Virus record (IMG/VR): IMGVR_UViG_3300022602_000025
Source: a virus
Taxonomy: Duplodnaviria > Caudoviricetes
DNA: 64,000 nucleotides
Direction: 5' to 3' (one strand)
Part shown: positions 1 to 10,336 of the stretch, in pieces
Layout of the letters: each line of letters begins with the position of its first letter
Position numbering within the stretch: the stretch's first letter is position 1
Notes under the pieces: model-generated
Seen by the model: only the letters and a program-made list of their open reading frames with translations
What the model was told of the DNA's origin: nothing
The model's database searches: none
Program-made: the position numbers and the translations under genes

Positions 1-117
1 TTCCTGTAGTTAATTGCTACTGGCCTAGAATCACAAGTTTTGCATAGAGGTCTCATTTCCCGCCCTTTTTATCGCCTTTTCACACGTATTTAACAGAAGA
101 AAAAACCATCATATTAC

Positions 118-123
118 TAAATA
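118..123 (+). promoter_or_regulatory. Late promoter core TAAATA upstream of tail sheath (SD-led gene)
   Basis: TAAATA at 118-123, GGGGAG SD before ATG 158; resembles T4 late promoter TATAAATA. Confidence 0.6.
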
Positions 124-157
124 CTTCAACAAAACCATATTTGGGGAGATGTCTTAA

Positions 158-3100
158 ATGGCCAACACATTACAATCACCAGGCGTACAAGTTTCGATTA
201 TCGACGAAAGCTTCTACACACCTGCAGCACCAGGTACAGTACCTTTAATTTTTGTTGCTTCTGCAGCTAACAAAACGAATCCATCAGGAGTAACAGCACC
301 AGGAACAGTTCCAAGTGCCGCTGGTACAGTATACACAATTACAAGTCAACGTGACTTGACAGATACTTTTGGTGTACCACAATTTATTACAGACGCTAGT
401 GGAAATCCAGTTCACGGTAGCGAATTAAACGAATACGGTCTACAAGCTGCATATAGCTTGTTAGGCGTAAGCAGTCAAGCATACGTTGTACGTGCAGACT
501 TAGATTTAGCAAGTTTAACAGCTGAAGCTAGTGCACCTACAGGCGCTCCTAAAGACGGTAGCTACTGGTTTGATACAGGTAGCACAACTTATGGTATTTT
601 TGAATGGAACTCATCAACAGGTGCGTTTGCTAACAAAACTCCACTAGTAATCGATAATAACAATTATACAATTACTACTGTAAGCGGTGCTGGCACACAA
701 CCAAAACCAAGTTTTGGTACTGTAGGTTCTTATGCTATTGTTACAGATACAATGGCAGACATGCAAAACGCTGTATGGTTTAAAAATTCAGACGGTAACT
801 GGGTTGAAGTAGGTTCATTAGGCGAAGAAAACTTTGCAAGTAACTCATATCAAGATACATTTGTTTCTACAGTATGGTCTACAAGCTGGCCAGCTTTGAC
901 TAGTGCTGTTACAACAGGCACACAAAGTGGTGGTAATATAACACTAAACGGTCGTCAAGTTACAATTCCATCAGGAACAGTTGCTACTCTTGTAAGCACA
1001 ATCAACGACAATTATCACACAGTAGGTATTGGTGCTAAACTTAACGGCAACACAGTTGAATTCTTTGTAGATGCAACAGCAAATCCAGGTACAGGTGGCG
1101 GTGCAGTAGGTCAAATGGTCCTATCAGCTGACTCATCAATTTTAACAGCATTAGGTATTAGCAATGGTACTTACTCATCACCTGCAGTGTTTGTTGGTCC
1201 ACATACACAATATCCTAATTTCTCAGACAATCCATCAGGTTCTGTTTATGTTAAAACAACAAGTCCAAATGGTGGTGCAAATTGGGCTGTTAAGAAATTT
1301 AATGCAACTACAGGCGCATTTGGTCTAGTACCTGCTCCAATTTATAGTAACAAAGCAAACGCTACTTACAATCTAGATAAGATTGGTGGCGGTGCAAACA
1401 TTCCAGTCGGCACATTGTTTATTGAAAGCAACTATGACCACGGTGATGGTTACAATTCAACACTAACAAATAAATGCCGTCCAATTTTAGCAGAATTTGC
1501 TATCCAACGCCGTGTAGCAGTTGCTCCAACAACTATTACTAGCACAGATAATTCAGGTACAGTTTCAAATTCAACTGTTACTGTCGCTGTAAGCGTTCCA
1601 GGACAAGCTGCATTCTCAACAGGCACAGCACTTACAATTACAGGTGGTACAGACGCATTAGTTCAAGCAATTAACGCTTCTTCAATACCTAACCTAAGTG
1701 CGGTAACTAACGCAGACGGTTCTATTAGCATTGTTCATGCAACTGGCGGCGATATTGCGTTTAAAGATCCATCAAACGTACTATACAGCCTAGGATTTAC
1801 AGCAGGCACAACAGCTAACTTCTATACAGCAGGTGACTTTGAGCCAAACAAATTTACACAGTTTGCTTCAAATTGGGCACCTCTAAGTTACACAGCAAGT
1901 TCTATTGCACCAAGCAATACACCTGCAGACGGTCAACTATGGTATGATGCTATCACTGATCAAATCGACATTCTTTATCATAACGGTCAAGAGTGGACAG
2001 GTTACGGTGTAGCGTTCCCAAGCACAGATCCAAATGGTCCAATCGTAAGTGCTACAGCACCTACAACACAAAGCGACGGTGTAACAGCAGTTGTTAACGG
2101 CGATATTTGGGTAAGCACAGCGGTTGCTAACTTAGAAGAATACGGTCAACAGATTTATGTTTACAATGGCAACACATTGTCATGGGTACTACAAGATCCT
2201 ACAGATCACACAAGTCCAAATGGTTGGATCTTTGCAGATGCACGTTGGGCTACAAGTGGCCAAGCTGTACTAGCATCAAGCATTAGCGATCTACGTGCAA
2301 GCAACTACGTAGACCCAGATGCACCTGATCCTGCAGAATATCCACGTGGTACACGCCTATGGAACTTACGCCGTTCAGGTTTCAACATCAAGAAATATGT
2401 TAAAGGTTATATCGATATTAATTCTAACAACGGATTTAATATTCGTGTACCTAATGATCCAATGAATGGTTCAAATGATACAACACCATATAACGCAGAC
2501 CGTTGGGTTTCAGTAAGCCCTAACGATGCTAAAGGTGTAGGTACATTTGGTCGTCATGCACAAAGAGCATTTGTTGTTAAATCATTAAAAGCTCTAATTG
2601 ACAGCAACCAAAGAGTTCGTGATACAGATACACTAGTGTTCAACTTAATTGCATGTCCTGGTTATCCAGAGACTATTGCAAATATGGTTGGCCTGAATGC
2701 TGATCGTGCTCAAACAGCGTTTGTTGTAGGCGATACACCATTCCGCTTACAGCCAACAGGCACAGCACTAAAAGCATACGGTACAAACAGTAACGGTTCT
2801 TTAGACAACGATGAAAACGGTCTATTAAGCCACGATGATTACATGGCTGTTTGGTATCCAAGTGGTTACACAAATGACTTGTCAGGCAACTACATTGTTG
2901 TTCCACCAAGCCATATGATGTTACGCACTATTGCTGAAAGCGATCAGAAGAGCTATCCATGGTTTGCACCAGCAGGTATCCGCCGTGGTGTAATTGATAA
3001 CGCTACTTCAGTTGGTTATATTGATGCAACAGGTGAATTCCAATCAACAGCATTACCACAAAGTATTCGTGATGTAATGGCACAAAACGGTGCTATTAAC

Positions 3101-3508
3101 CCAATCGCTAATATTACAGGTGCTGGTATCGTTGCGTTTGGTCAATATACTCGCGCAAGTGCAGCAAGCTCATTAGATCGTATTAACGTAGCACGTTTAG
3201 TAGCTTATCTACGTCGTCAACTAGATGTATTGGCTCGTCCATACTTGTTTGAACCAAATGATAAGATTACACGTAACGAGATCAAGAATGCAGTTCAAAG
3301 CCTATTGTTAGAATTAGTAGGACAACGTGCATTGTATGACTTCATCGTAGTTTGTGATGAGTCTAACAATACACCAGATCGTATTGATCGTTCAGAACTA
3401 TGGGTAGACGTTGCTATTGAGCCTGTTAAGGCTGTAGAGTTCATCTACATACCAGTGCGTTTAGTTAACACTGGCTCTATTGCAGCTGGAACTTACACTC
3501 TAGCGTAA
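158..3508 (+). CDS. Contractile tail sheath protein (T4 gp18-like)
   Basis: N-term SPGVQVSIID; C-term sheath motifs WFAPAG.RRG, LDRINVARL, FEPND..TR, CDESNNTPDRID..L.VD..IEPVKAVEFI; 1116 aa. Confidence 0.95.
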   Translation: MANTLQSPGVQVSIIDESFYTPAAPGTVPLIFVASAANKTNPSGVTAPGTVPSAAGTVYTITSQRDLTDTFGVPQFITDASGNPVHGSELNEYGLQAAYSLLGVSSQAYVVRADLDLASLTAEASAPTGAPKDGSYWFDTGSTTYGIFEWNSSTGAFANKTPLVIDNNNYTITTVSGAGTQPKPSFGTVGSYAIVTDTMADMQNAVWFKNSDGNWVEVGSLGEENFASNSYQDTFVSTVWSTSWPALTSAVTTGTQSGGNITLNGRQVTIPSGTVATLVSTINDNYHTVGIGAKLNGNTVEFFVDATANPGTGGGAVGQMVLSADSSILTALGISNGTYSSPAVFVGPHTQYPNFSDNPSGSVYVKTTSPNGGANWAVKKFNATTGAFGLVPAPIYSNKANATYNLDKIGGGANIPVGTLFIESNYDHGDGYNSTLTNKCRPILAEFAIQRRVAVAPTTITSTDNSGTVSNSTVTVAVSVPGQAAFSTGTALTITGGTDALVQAINASSIPNLSAVTNADGSISIVHATGGDIAFKDPSNVLYSLGFTAGTTANFYTAGDFEPNKFTQFASNWAPLSYTASSIAPSNTPADGQLWYDAITDQIDILYHNGQEWTGYGVAFPSTDPNGPIVSATAPTTQSDGVTAVVNGDIWVSTAVANLEEYGQQIYVYNGNTLSWVLQDPTDHTSPNGWIFADARWATSGQAVLASSISDLRASNYVDPDAPDPAEYPRGTRLWNLRRSGFNIKKYVKGYIDINSNNGFNIRVPNDPMNGSNDTTPYNADRWVSVSPNDAKGVGTFGRHAQRAFVVKSLKALIDSNQRVRDTDTLVFNLIACPGYPETIANMVGLNADRAQTAFVVGDTPFRLQPTGTALKAYGTNSNGSLDNDENGLLSHDDYMAVWYPSGYTNDLSGNYIVVPPSHMMLRTIAESDQKSYPWFAPAGIRRGVIDNATSVGYIDATGEFQSTALPQSIRDVMAQNGAINPIANITGAGIVAFGQYTRASAASSLDRINVARLVAYLRRQLDVLARPYLFEPNDKITRNEIKNAVQSLLLELVGQRALYDFIVVCDESNNTPDRIDRSELWVDVAIEPVKAVEFIYIPVRLVNTGSIAAGTYTLA

Positions 3509-3513
3509 TTAGG

Positions 3514-3519
3514 TAAATA
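3514..3519 (+). promoter_or_regulatory. Late promoter core TAAATA upstream of tail tube (SD-led gene)
   Basis: TAAATA then AGGAG SD, ATG 3540. Confidence 0.6.
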
Positions 3520-3539
3520 TATAGGACAAGGAGCATAAT

Positions 3540-4166
3540 ATGCCAGTAGCAAGTTTAAGTAAATTGACAGTACCATTACCAGCAGGACAGAGCGCATCAA
3601 ACCAAGGTTTGTTGATGCCAAAACTGCAATATCGCTTTAGAGTGACACTTCAGAACTTTGGTGTAACATCACCAACAACTGAAATCACTAAGCAGGTAAT
3701 GAACGTAACTCGTCCAGAAGTTAGTTTTGAAGCCATGGAACTACATGTTTATAACAGCAAGATCAAATATGCTGGTAAACATAGCTGGGCTGACATTACT
3801 CTTACAGTACGTGATGATGTTACTGGTGCTGTTCAACAATTAGTAGGCGAACAAGTTCAGAAACAATTTGACTTCTTTGAACAAGCATCTGCAGCGTCTG
3901 GTGTTGATTACAAGTTTACAACTGTAATTGAAATCCTAGACGGTGGTAACGGTGCATTTGAACCAACAACATTAGAATCATTTGAATTAGAAGGTTGTTA
4001 CGTAAACAAAGTTGTTTATCAAGGTGCTGATTACAGTAAGAGCGATCCTTTAGATATCGCCCTAACTATTAGCTATGATAATGCAATCCAATTGAACGCA
4101 TCAGGCAACCCATTTGGTATTGGTGCAAACGTTGGTCGTTCACTACGTACATTAGCAACAGGTTAA
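3540..4166 (+). CDS. Tail tube protein (T4 gp19-like)
   Basis: Follows sheath; YRFRV, GK..W.DITLT.RDD, F.LEGCY...V.Y...DY, ISYDNA pattern. Confidence 0.8.
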   Translation: MPVASLSKLTVPLPAGQSASNQGLLMPKLQYRFRVTLQNFGVTSPTTEITKQVMNVTRPEVSFEAMELHVYNSKIKYAGKHSWADITLTVRDDVTGAVQQLVGEQVQKQFDFFEQASAASGVDYKFTTVIEILDGGNGAFEPTTLESFELEGCYVNKVVYQGADYSKSDPLDIALTISYDNAIQLNASGNPFGIGANVGRSLRTLATG

Positions 4167-4188
4167 TACGCATAGCGATTAAACTAAG

Positions 4189-4217
4189 AAGACCTGGTTT
4201 TTTCCAGGTCTTTTTTT
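4189..4217 (+). terminator. Rho-independent terminator after tail tube
   Basis: AAGACCTGG-TTTTTT-CCAGGTCTT plus T tract. Confidence 0.85.
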
Positions 4218-4233
4218 ACGGCTAAATATTATC

Positions 4234-5580
4234 ATGCCATCACTAGGTTCCTATTTACAACCCGTCTTAGGCGGGGATACAAGTTTAAAAGATTACGCAC
4301 ACGCCAGTAATCTATACCGCACGGGTAAATCTAATATACCATTTGCACTTGCTCCTAAAGCAGGGTGGATATATTATGTGGTTTTTAATTTTAACCCAGA
4401 TGCGGTTGCAGCCGCTGAAGGACCTGCTGCCGCAGCGGCAGCGTCTGGTAGTTTATTAGGTAGTGTAGCATCAGCATTAGGTGGACCTATCGCTAGTTTA
4501 ATTGGTGGTAATACTACTTCAAAGGGACTGTATTCAGATCCACAGGCGAAGTCAATAGTAGGTATGTTAGTTAAAAATGTTGACTTACCTAAATTTCAAA
4601 TCCAGACGGAAGTTGTAAATCAATACAATAGAAAAACTGTTATACAAAAAGGTATAACATATAATCCAGTTAATTTTACATTCCATGATGATCAGTACAA
4701 TGTAATACACAACATGTGGACTGATTATTACAAATATTATTTTGCAGATTCAAACTACGGTGGAACTGGTCCTATTGGAACTAACCAAGACGGTACTCCC
4801 TTCCAATTTGCAAATAACAAATACACTCCAATTAATTCAAAGAATACTCCAACAGCATATGGTTTAAATTCTCCTAAATTAGTAAATGACAGCCGTAGTC
4901 CTTTTAAGAGATTTTCATTTTTTGAAAACATTATTGTTTATCAAATGAATCAAAAAATGTTTACCAGTTTCCAATTAGTCAATCCTGTTATCGCAGGTTG
5001 GGAACATGATAGAATGGATCAAACACAGGGCAACAAATTAGTTGAAAGCAAGATGACTATCAACTACGAAGCGGTTATCTATGGATCAGGTAAAGTTAAA
5101 AAAGATACTCCTGCAGGGTTCGCTACGTTTGATTACGATACAAGTCCAAGCCCATTAAGTATCGCAGGTGGCGGTAACTCAAGTATATTTGGCCCAGGCG
5201 GTATTGTTAGTGGAGCTGAAAGTGTGTTCGGTGATGTGTCAAATATCGCTAACGGAACAGCAAGTCCATTGAATGTATTAGGCGCCGCGATTAGCACAGC
5301 TAACTTAGTAAGAAATGTTGGTAATATTTCTAAAGACAGTTTAAGAGCAGAAGGTTACAGCATTTTAACAAGTACCCTACAGAACGTTGCTAGGGGTGGA
5401 CTAAATGGTCTGGGTCTAAATCTTGGACTACAAAAAGGTAAAAATACACTAGCAACTGGAGAATATGTTGGAACACCGGTAGCCGTAACACCGCCAGCAA
5501 CTCCAGCGACACCAGCAGGCGGAGCCGGACCAGCAGCCGCCGCAGCTAATGCAGCCGCAAATGCAGCCGCAGGCAAATAA
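4234..5580 (+). CDS. Tail tube-like / baseplate-tube junction protein (gp54/gp48-like)
   Basis: VKNVDLPKFQIQTEVVNQYNRK...ITYNPVNFTFHDD tube-fold pattern; TAAATA-N5-ATG. Confidence 0.55.
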   Translation: MPSLGSYLQPVLGGDTSLKDYAHASNLYRTGKSNIPFALAPKAGWIYYVVFNFNPDAVAAAEGPAAAAAASGSLLGSVASALGGPIASLIGGNTTSKGLYSDPQAKSIVGMLVKNVDLPKFQIQTEVVNQYNRKTVIQKGITYNPVNFTFHDDQYNVIHNMWTDYYKYYFADSNYGGTGPIGTNQDGTPFQFANNKYTPINSKNTPTAYGLNSPKLVNDSRSPFKRFSFFENIIVYQMNQKMFTSFQLVNPVIAGWEHDRMDQTQGNKLVESKMTINYEAVIYGSGKVKKDTPAGFATFDYDTSPSPLSIAGGGNSSIFGPGGIVSGAESVFGDVSNIANGTASPLNVLGAAISTANLVRNVGNISKDSLRAEGYSILTSTLQNVARGGLNGLGLNLGLQKGKNTLATGEYVGTPVAVTPPATPATPAGGAGPAAAAANAAANAAAGK

Positions 5581-5589
5581 GGAACTGTT

Positions 5590-5991
5590 ATGTTTGATAG
5601 TAATACATATACAGCCAGTTTAGTTTACAATGCAAATAGCACATTGGTTCAATTACAGACTGCGCTGACCAATTTAACAATTTCAGAAAATGCAGACTTA
5701 GATTATGCTAGACAGTTTTTACCTTCATTAGTAAAATTTAAACAAAGCATTTTAGGTGCTACTACTGATGAAGAAGTTGCATACATTAAGTTAACTTACG
5801 AATCTAAAGTAACTGCATACGAAAATTTGATTTCAACGATTTCTAAAAAATATGCTGATCGAGATAGACTAACTCAATTGATCGCAAGTAAGACTAGTGG
5901 AATAACTGGCCCATCAACATTACAGACTTCAGCAGATCCTACATCAACAACACCTAGTCCAGAAAGCGTTTACATACCAACAATTTTATAA
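5590..5991 (+). CDS. Hypothetical protein
   Basis: 133-aa ORF in operon, AAGGAA upstream. Confidence 0.6.
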   Translation: MFDSNTYTASLVYNANSTLVQLQTALTNLTISENADLDYARQFLPSLVKFKQSILGATTDEEVAYIKLTYESKVTAYENLISTISKKYADRDRLTQLIASKTSGITGPSTLQTSADPTSTTPSPESVYIPTIL

Positions 5992-5992
5992 T

Positions 5993-6370
5993 ATGACTTT
6001 TTATAATAATCTACCACAAATTACAGCTACACAGGATAGTTCTCAAGCTACTCTAAAAGTGTTTGATGCTTATGCCGCAGCACCGTTGAATATTAATGCT
6101 ACAACATATGATGCTATGGTAGGATTTTTTAATAGCAAAGGATTCGGCATCGACTCATCTAAAAGCATGGCTTACATTATTATCAAGCAAGCGATATTAG
6201 ATAACATAAATCCTTTTACGATAATTGATACACTACGCAATCAAGATTCTATTGAGCTTAGTGCGTTAGTTACACAGATCGTAAATTACAATAGATACAA
6301 AACAAGTAGTTTAGGAACAGCTAGTACATATCAGCCAGCAGACGAAATAGCAAGGAATATTGTTGCATGA
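5993..6370 (+). CDS. Hypothetical protein (morphogenesis cluster)
   Basis: 125-aa ORF tightly coupled to neighbours. Confidence 0.6.
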   Translation: MTFYNNLPQITATQDSSQATLKVFDAYAAAPLNINATTYDAMVGFFNSKGFGIDSSKSMAYIIIKQAILDNINPFTIIDTLRNQDSIELSALVTQIVNYNRYKTSSLGTASTYQPADEIARNIVA

Positions 6371-6810
6371 GTTTAAAGTTTGCTCAAGGTGTATATGAAG
6401 TTAAAAACCCTGAGAAATATGTAGGACTAGGAAATCCTAGATACCGTAGCTCTTGGGAACTTGCCGTGATGAAAATGCTAGACGAAAATGATGGCATACA
6501 AAACTGGGCAAGTGAATCTGTCAAGATACCCTACCGTGATCCACTGACAGGAAAGCAAACAGTTTATGTACCTGATTTCCTTGTGGTGTACATTGATAAA
6601 GCAAAAAAGAAACATGCTGAATTATGGGAAATAAAACCTCGTAATCAAACCACATTAGAATCTGTAGGTAAGAATCCTTATAATCAAGGACAGTATGTAC
6701 GCAACATGGCCAAGTGGGAAGTAGCACGTATTTGGTGTAAGAAAAACGGGCTTCAGTTTCGTGTTATAACTGAAGATCAGATATTCCATATGGGTGGTAA
6801 AAGACGTTAA
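6367..6810 (+). CDS. Head completion nuclease (T4 gp4-like, TnsA-N PD-(D/E)xK)
   Basis: KY.G......YRSSWE, W.SE...IPY, Y.PDF, EIKP, N.AKW..A..WC. Confidence 0.85.
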   Translation: MSLKFAQGVYEVKNPEKYVGLGNPRYRSSWELAVMKMLDENDGIQNWASESVKIPYRDPLTGKQTVYVPDFLVVYIDKAKKKHAELWEIKPRNQTTLESVGKNPYNQGQYVRNMAKWEVARIWCKKNGLQFRVITEDQIFHMGGKRR

Positions 6811-6818
6811 ATAATACT

Positions 6819-7301
6819 ATGACAAAAAAGCTAGAAGAACTGTTAAATTTACCAGAAAGCGTGCCTGAGCCGGAATTGATTCCTGTTCCTAAAGAAGACA
6901 CAAAAACAGCCATTGTAAACCTGCAACATACTCTTGAAGAATTTGACAAGATTAGTTCAGCATTACCGCAGGTAAAAGGATTAGGCGATATGAGCGATGC
7001 AGAGCTTGATAGCCTTGCTAAAAAAGCTGAAGATGCCTTTGATGATCTAATGGACTTAGGTATGAACGTAGAAGCTAGATACGGCAGCAGAATGTTTGAA
7101 GTTGCGGCCAACATGCTAAACGCCGCAGTAACCGCGAAAACCAACAAAATCGATAAGAAATTAAAGATGGTTGAGTTGCAGTTAAAGAAACTAGCTATAG
7201 ATAAAAAGAACAACGAAAACGAGGACCCTGTAGAGGGCAAAGGTTACATCATTACTGACCGTAATAGCCTCCTTGAAAAACTTAAAAATGTTAATAAATA
7301 A
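6819..7301 (+). CDS. Putative small terminase subunit (gp16-like) or hypothetical
   Basis: Helical/coiled-coil, RMFEVAANML resembles gp16 RAYEV motif; upstream of terL; TAAATA-N5-ATG. Confidence 0.4.
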   Translation: MTKKLEELLNLPESVPEPELIPVPKEDTKTAIVNLQHTLEEFDKISSALPQVKGLGDMSDAELDSLAKKAEDAFDDLMDLGMNVEARYGSRMFEVAANMLNAAVTAKTNKIDKKLKMVELQLKKLAIDKKNNENEDPVEGKGYIITDRNSLLEKLKNVNK

Positions 7302-7318
7302 TATACCAGGAAACTAAT

Positions 7319-7933
7319 ATGAAGTCATTTACAGAATACCTAACAGAAAGCAAAAGAACCTATACTTTTAAAGTTAAGGTTGCTGGCGAATTAACTACCG
7401 AACAAGAAGGTTCTATGAGAACTTTATTGGATAAATTTAAGGTTGTAGATTTCGTAAAAACTGGAGTAACTCCAGTCCAAGCATTACCTTTAGATTTTCC
7501 AAGAATCCAAAATTCACAAGTAAGTATCTATGAAGTCGCACTAGACTATCCTGTTACAAGTTCCGAACTAACAAACTATTTAGGCAACGGTTTACGAATC
7601 AACGAACAAAACATTGTTGTTCGCCGTCCAGGTGAACCATCAGAACAGTATCAAGAGCCAGGCGAGAAACGTGAAGGCGCACTACTAAATGACCCAGACT
7701 ACAAAGAAGCAGGTAGCCCTAAATTTGAAGATTACTATGGTGACAAATACAATGTTAGTCTTATAAAGACATTGAATGACGACCTTAAAGCACAAAATAA
7801 AGCACGTGGCGAACAAATTCCAGCAGCGAAAGCAGATGACATTTTAAAAAATCCAGGTGCTACATCAAACGATTTACCACAAAACAACAAGAGTCCAATT
7901 AAACAAACGGACTATGATCCAAGGAAAAAATAA
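7319..7933 (+). CDS. Putative internal head protein (CTS-like N-terminus)
   Basis: Starts MKSFTEYLTE, similar to T4 capsid-targeting sequence MKTYQEFIAE; TAAATA at 7295-7300. Confidence 0.5.
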   Translation: MKSFTEYLTESKRTYTFKVKVAGELTTEQEGSMRTLLDKFKVVDFVKTGVTPVQALPLDFPRIQNSQVSIYEVALDYPVTSSELTNYLGNGLRINEQNIVVRRPGEPSEQYQEPGEKREGALLNDPDYKEAGSPKFEDYYGDKYNVSLIKTLNDDLKAQNKARGEQIPAAKADDILKNPGATSNDLPQNNKSPIKQTDYDPRKK

Positions 7934-7935
7934 TT

Positions 7936-8691
7936 ATGCAAATGATTGACGTACTTAAAAGATTAGCTGAGTTAGACGAGTCTAACCCTCGTGTTGAAAC
8001 AACACAAATTGCTCAAGAGCAATCATTGGCAACATTAACTAATCTATCAGGCCAAACAAAAAAGATTAATGAATCTACAGTCGCTGAATGCGGACCGATG
8101 GGAATGATGGGCGGCATGGATCGTCCTAGCACTCCAGCAAGTTTTAGCATTAATGCTTCTGCTGAATCAGGCGACGAAGTTGCAGGTATGCTTAGCCAAA
8201 TTTTAAATTTAGCAGGCGTTAAGGAAGTTGGTCCACAAGATATTAATCCACACACTGAAATTGAACTTGAGCCAGCACATGATGTTCAAGTAGACAAAGG
8301 TGGTGATGACATGGCTAGCTTGATCGGTCTAGTTGACAAGATCAATGGTCCTGCAGATGGTGGCGATGATACTCCTGACGTAGGCGACATGGCTGACGAA
8401 GTTCGCGGCATGGCTGATGAAATGGGCGGTAGTCCAGATGTAGGCGCTATGGCAGATGAAGTTCGTGACATGACAGACGAATTAAAAGACGAAGGCGTAG
8501 GTGCAGGGTTTGATACAGCAACTACAACTCCAGATGAAAAAATACAATCACACGATTATGGCAACAAAGAAGTAAAACCAAAACCACAAGGCTTCCCACA
8601 ACGTCAAGGCGATAATCCATATACTCAAGTTGAATCTGTAGCATCGCAACTATTAAAAGACTATCAGAACTTTATTAACGAACAAAAATAA
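7936..8691 (+). CDS. Acidic protein, putative prohead core/internal protein
   Basis: D/E-rich, internal repeat, ILNLAGV motif. Confidence 0.5.
   Translation: MQMIDVLKRLAELDESNPRVETTQIAQEQSLATLTNLSGQTKKINESTVAECGPMGMMGGMDRPSTPASFSINASAESGDEVAGMLSQILNLAGVKEVGPQDINPHTEIELEPAHDVQVDKGGDDMASLIGLVDKINGPADGGDDTPDVGDMADEVRGMADEMGGSPDVGAMADEVRDMTDELKDEGVGAGFDTATTTPDEKIQSHDYGNKEVKPKPQGFPQRQGDNPYTQVESVASQLLKDYQNFINEQK
8374..8483 (+). repeat. Two-copy 60-nt coding tandem repeat (PDVGxMADEVRxMxDE)
   Basis: Units start at 8374 (cctgacgtaggc) and 8434 (ccagatgtaggc). Confidence 0.85.
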
Positions 8692-8708
8692 TAATAAAAA
8701 GTACTACC

Positions 8709-8736
8709 AAATAGGCTCTACGGAGCCTATTTTTTT
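8709..8736 (+). terminator. Rho-independent terminator with UACG tetraloop
   Basis: AAATAGGCTC-TACG-GAGCCTATTT plus T tract. Confidence 0.9.
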
Positions 8737-8750
8737 CATTAAATAAAAGT

Positions 8751-10328
8751 ATGGCAAAATCATTAGACGGCGTATTAGTAAAAACCGCCCATAAAAAAGA
8801 AAGATTTACAGAACAGGACGTCCTTGACATCCAAGGGTGTATGAGCGATCCTCATTATTTCCTAGATCGTTTCTTTCATATCCAACATCCAACAAAGGGT
8901 AAACTTCTTTACAAACCTTTTGAATATCAAAAACGATTAATTGACAGTTATCACGACCATCGTTTTAACGTAAACTTGTTACCACGTCAAACTGGTAAAA
9001 CTACAACAGCTGCAGGATATCTGCTGTGGTACGCTATGTTTGTTCCAGACAGCACGATTCTAATTGCCGCACACAAATACACAGGCGCACAGGAAATTAT
9101 GAACCGTATTCGTTATGCTTACGAATTGTGCCCTAATCATATACGTTGCGGAGTTACTAGCTATAACAAACAAAGTATAGAATTTGACAACGGCTCACGT
9201 ATTGTAGCGCAGACAACTACAGAAACAACAGGTCGTGGTATGTCATTATCACTACTATACTGTGACGAGTTTGCGTTCGTACCGCCCAACATCGCCACTG
9301 AATTCTGGACTTCAATTTCGCCTACATTAGCAACTGGTGGTAAGGCAATTATTACATCAACGCCAAACTCAGACGAAGACCAATTTGCTCTAATATGGAA
9401 CGAAGCTAACAAACGAGAAGATGAGTACGGAAATCTTCAAGAAGTAGGACGCAACGGATTCTTTCCGTTTAAGGCACATTGGAGAGAACATCCAGATCGT
9501 AACGATCAATGGGCCGCAGAAGAAAAAGGTCGTATTGGTGAAGAGCGGTTCCGTCGTGAACACGAGTGCGAATTCTTAATCTTTGACGAAACACTGATCA
9601 ACAGTATCAGCTTGTCAGATATGGAAGGAATAGAGCCTATAATGAAAATGGGCCAGGTCCGCTGGTACAAAAAAGTTAATCCTGATTGTACATACATCAT
9701 AAGTCTAGACCCTAGTTTAGGTACAGGTGGCGACTATGCAGGACTTGAAGTATTTGAATTACCCACATTTGAACAGGTAGCAGAGTGGCACCATAATACT
9801 ACCCGTGTACAAGAACAGGTGCGAATAATGCGAGATATCGCTAAGTTTATCGATGACGAATGTAATAAGGAAGATAAAAATTCTAACATATATTACTCCG
9901 TTGAAAACAACGCCCTAGGTGAAGGTGCTTTAGTTGCTATTAACGAATTAGGCGAAGAATCCTTTCCAGGTCTGTTTTTAAGTGAACCTATTAAGAAAGG
10001 GCATGTACGCAGATTCCGCAAAGGATTTAACACTACTAGCAAGAGCAAAATCGCTATTTGTGCAAAGCTAAAACAGTTAATTGAAAATCGAGTCTTAAAA
10101 ATCTATTCTAAGCCCTTAATAAGCCAGTTGAAAGCATACGTAGCCAAGGGGTTAGGTTTTGAGGCAAAAGTAGGCGAACATGACGACTTAGTGGCGTCAT
10201 TATTGCTGAATTTACGCATGATTATGCTGTTACAAGACTGGGATCCTAGTGTATACGAAAAAATGCACGAACACGTAACAGAAGACCTATTATTACCGAT
10301 GCCTATCTACATAGGCGCATCAATATAA
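8751..10328 (+). CDS. terL: Large terminase subunit (T4 gp17-like)
   Basis: Walker A PRQTGKTT, Walker B LLYCDEFAFV, RNase H-like SLDPSLG..GDY and HDDLV; TAAATA-N5-ATG. Confidence 0.95.
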   Translation: MAKSLDGVLVKTAHKKERFTEQDVLDIQGCMSDPHYFLDRFFHIQHPTKGKLLYKPFEYQKRLIDSYHDHRFNVNLLPRQTGKTTTAAGYLLWYAMFVPDSTILIAAHKYTGAQEIMNRIRYAYELCPNHIRCGVTSYNKQSIEFDNGSRIVAQTTTETTGRGMSLSLLYCDEFAFVPPNIATEFWTSISPTLATGGKAIITSTPNSDEDQFALIWNEANKREDEYGNLQEVGRNGFFPFKAHWREHPDRNDQWAAEEKGRIGEERFRREHECEFLIFDETLINSISLSDMEGIEPIMKMGQVRWYKKVNPDCTYIISLDPSLGTGGDYAGLEVFELPTFEQVAEWHHNTTRVQEQVRIMRDIAKFIDDECNKEDKNSNIYYSVENNALGEGALVAINELGEESFPGLFLSEPIKKGHVRRFRKGFNTTSKSKIAICAKLKQLIENRVLKIYSKPLISQLKAYVAKGLGFEAKVGEHDDLVASLLLNLRMIMLLQDWDPSVYEKMHEHVTEDLLLPMPIYIGASI

Positions 10329-10336
10329 ATATACAA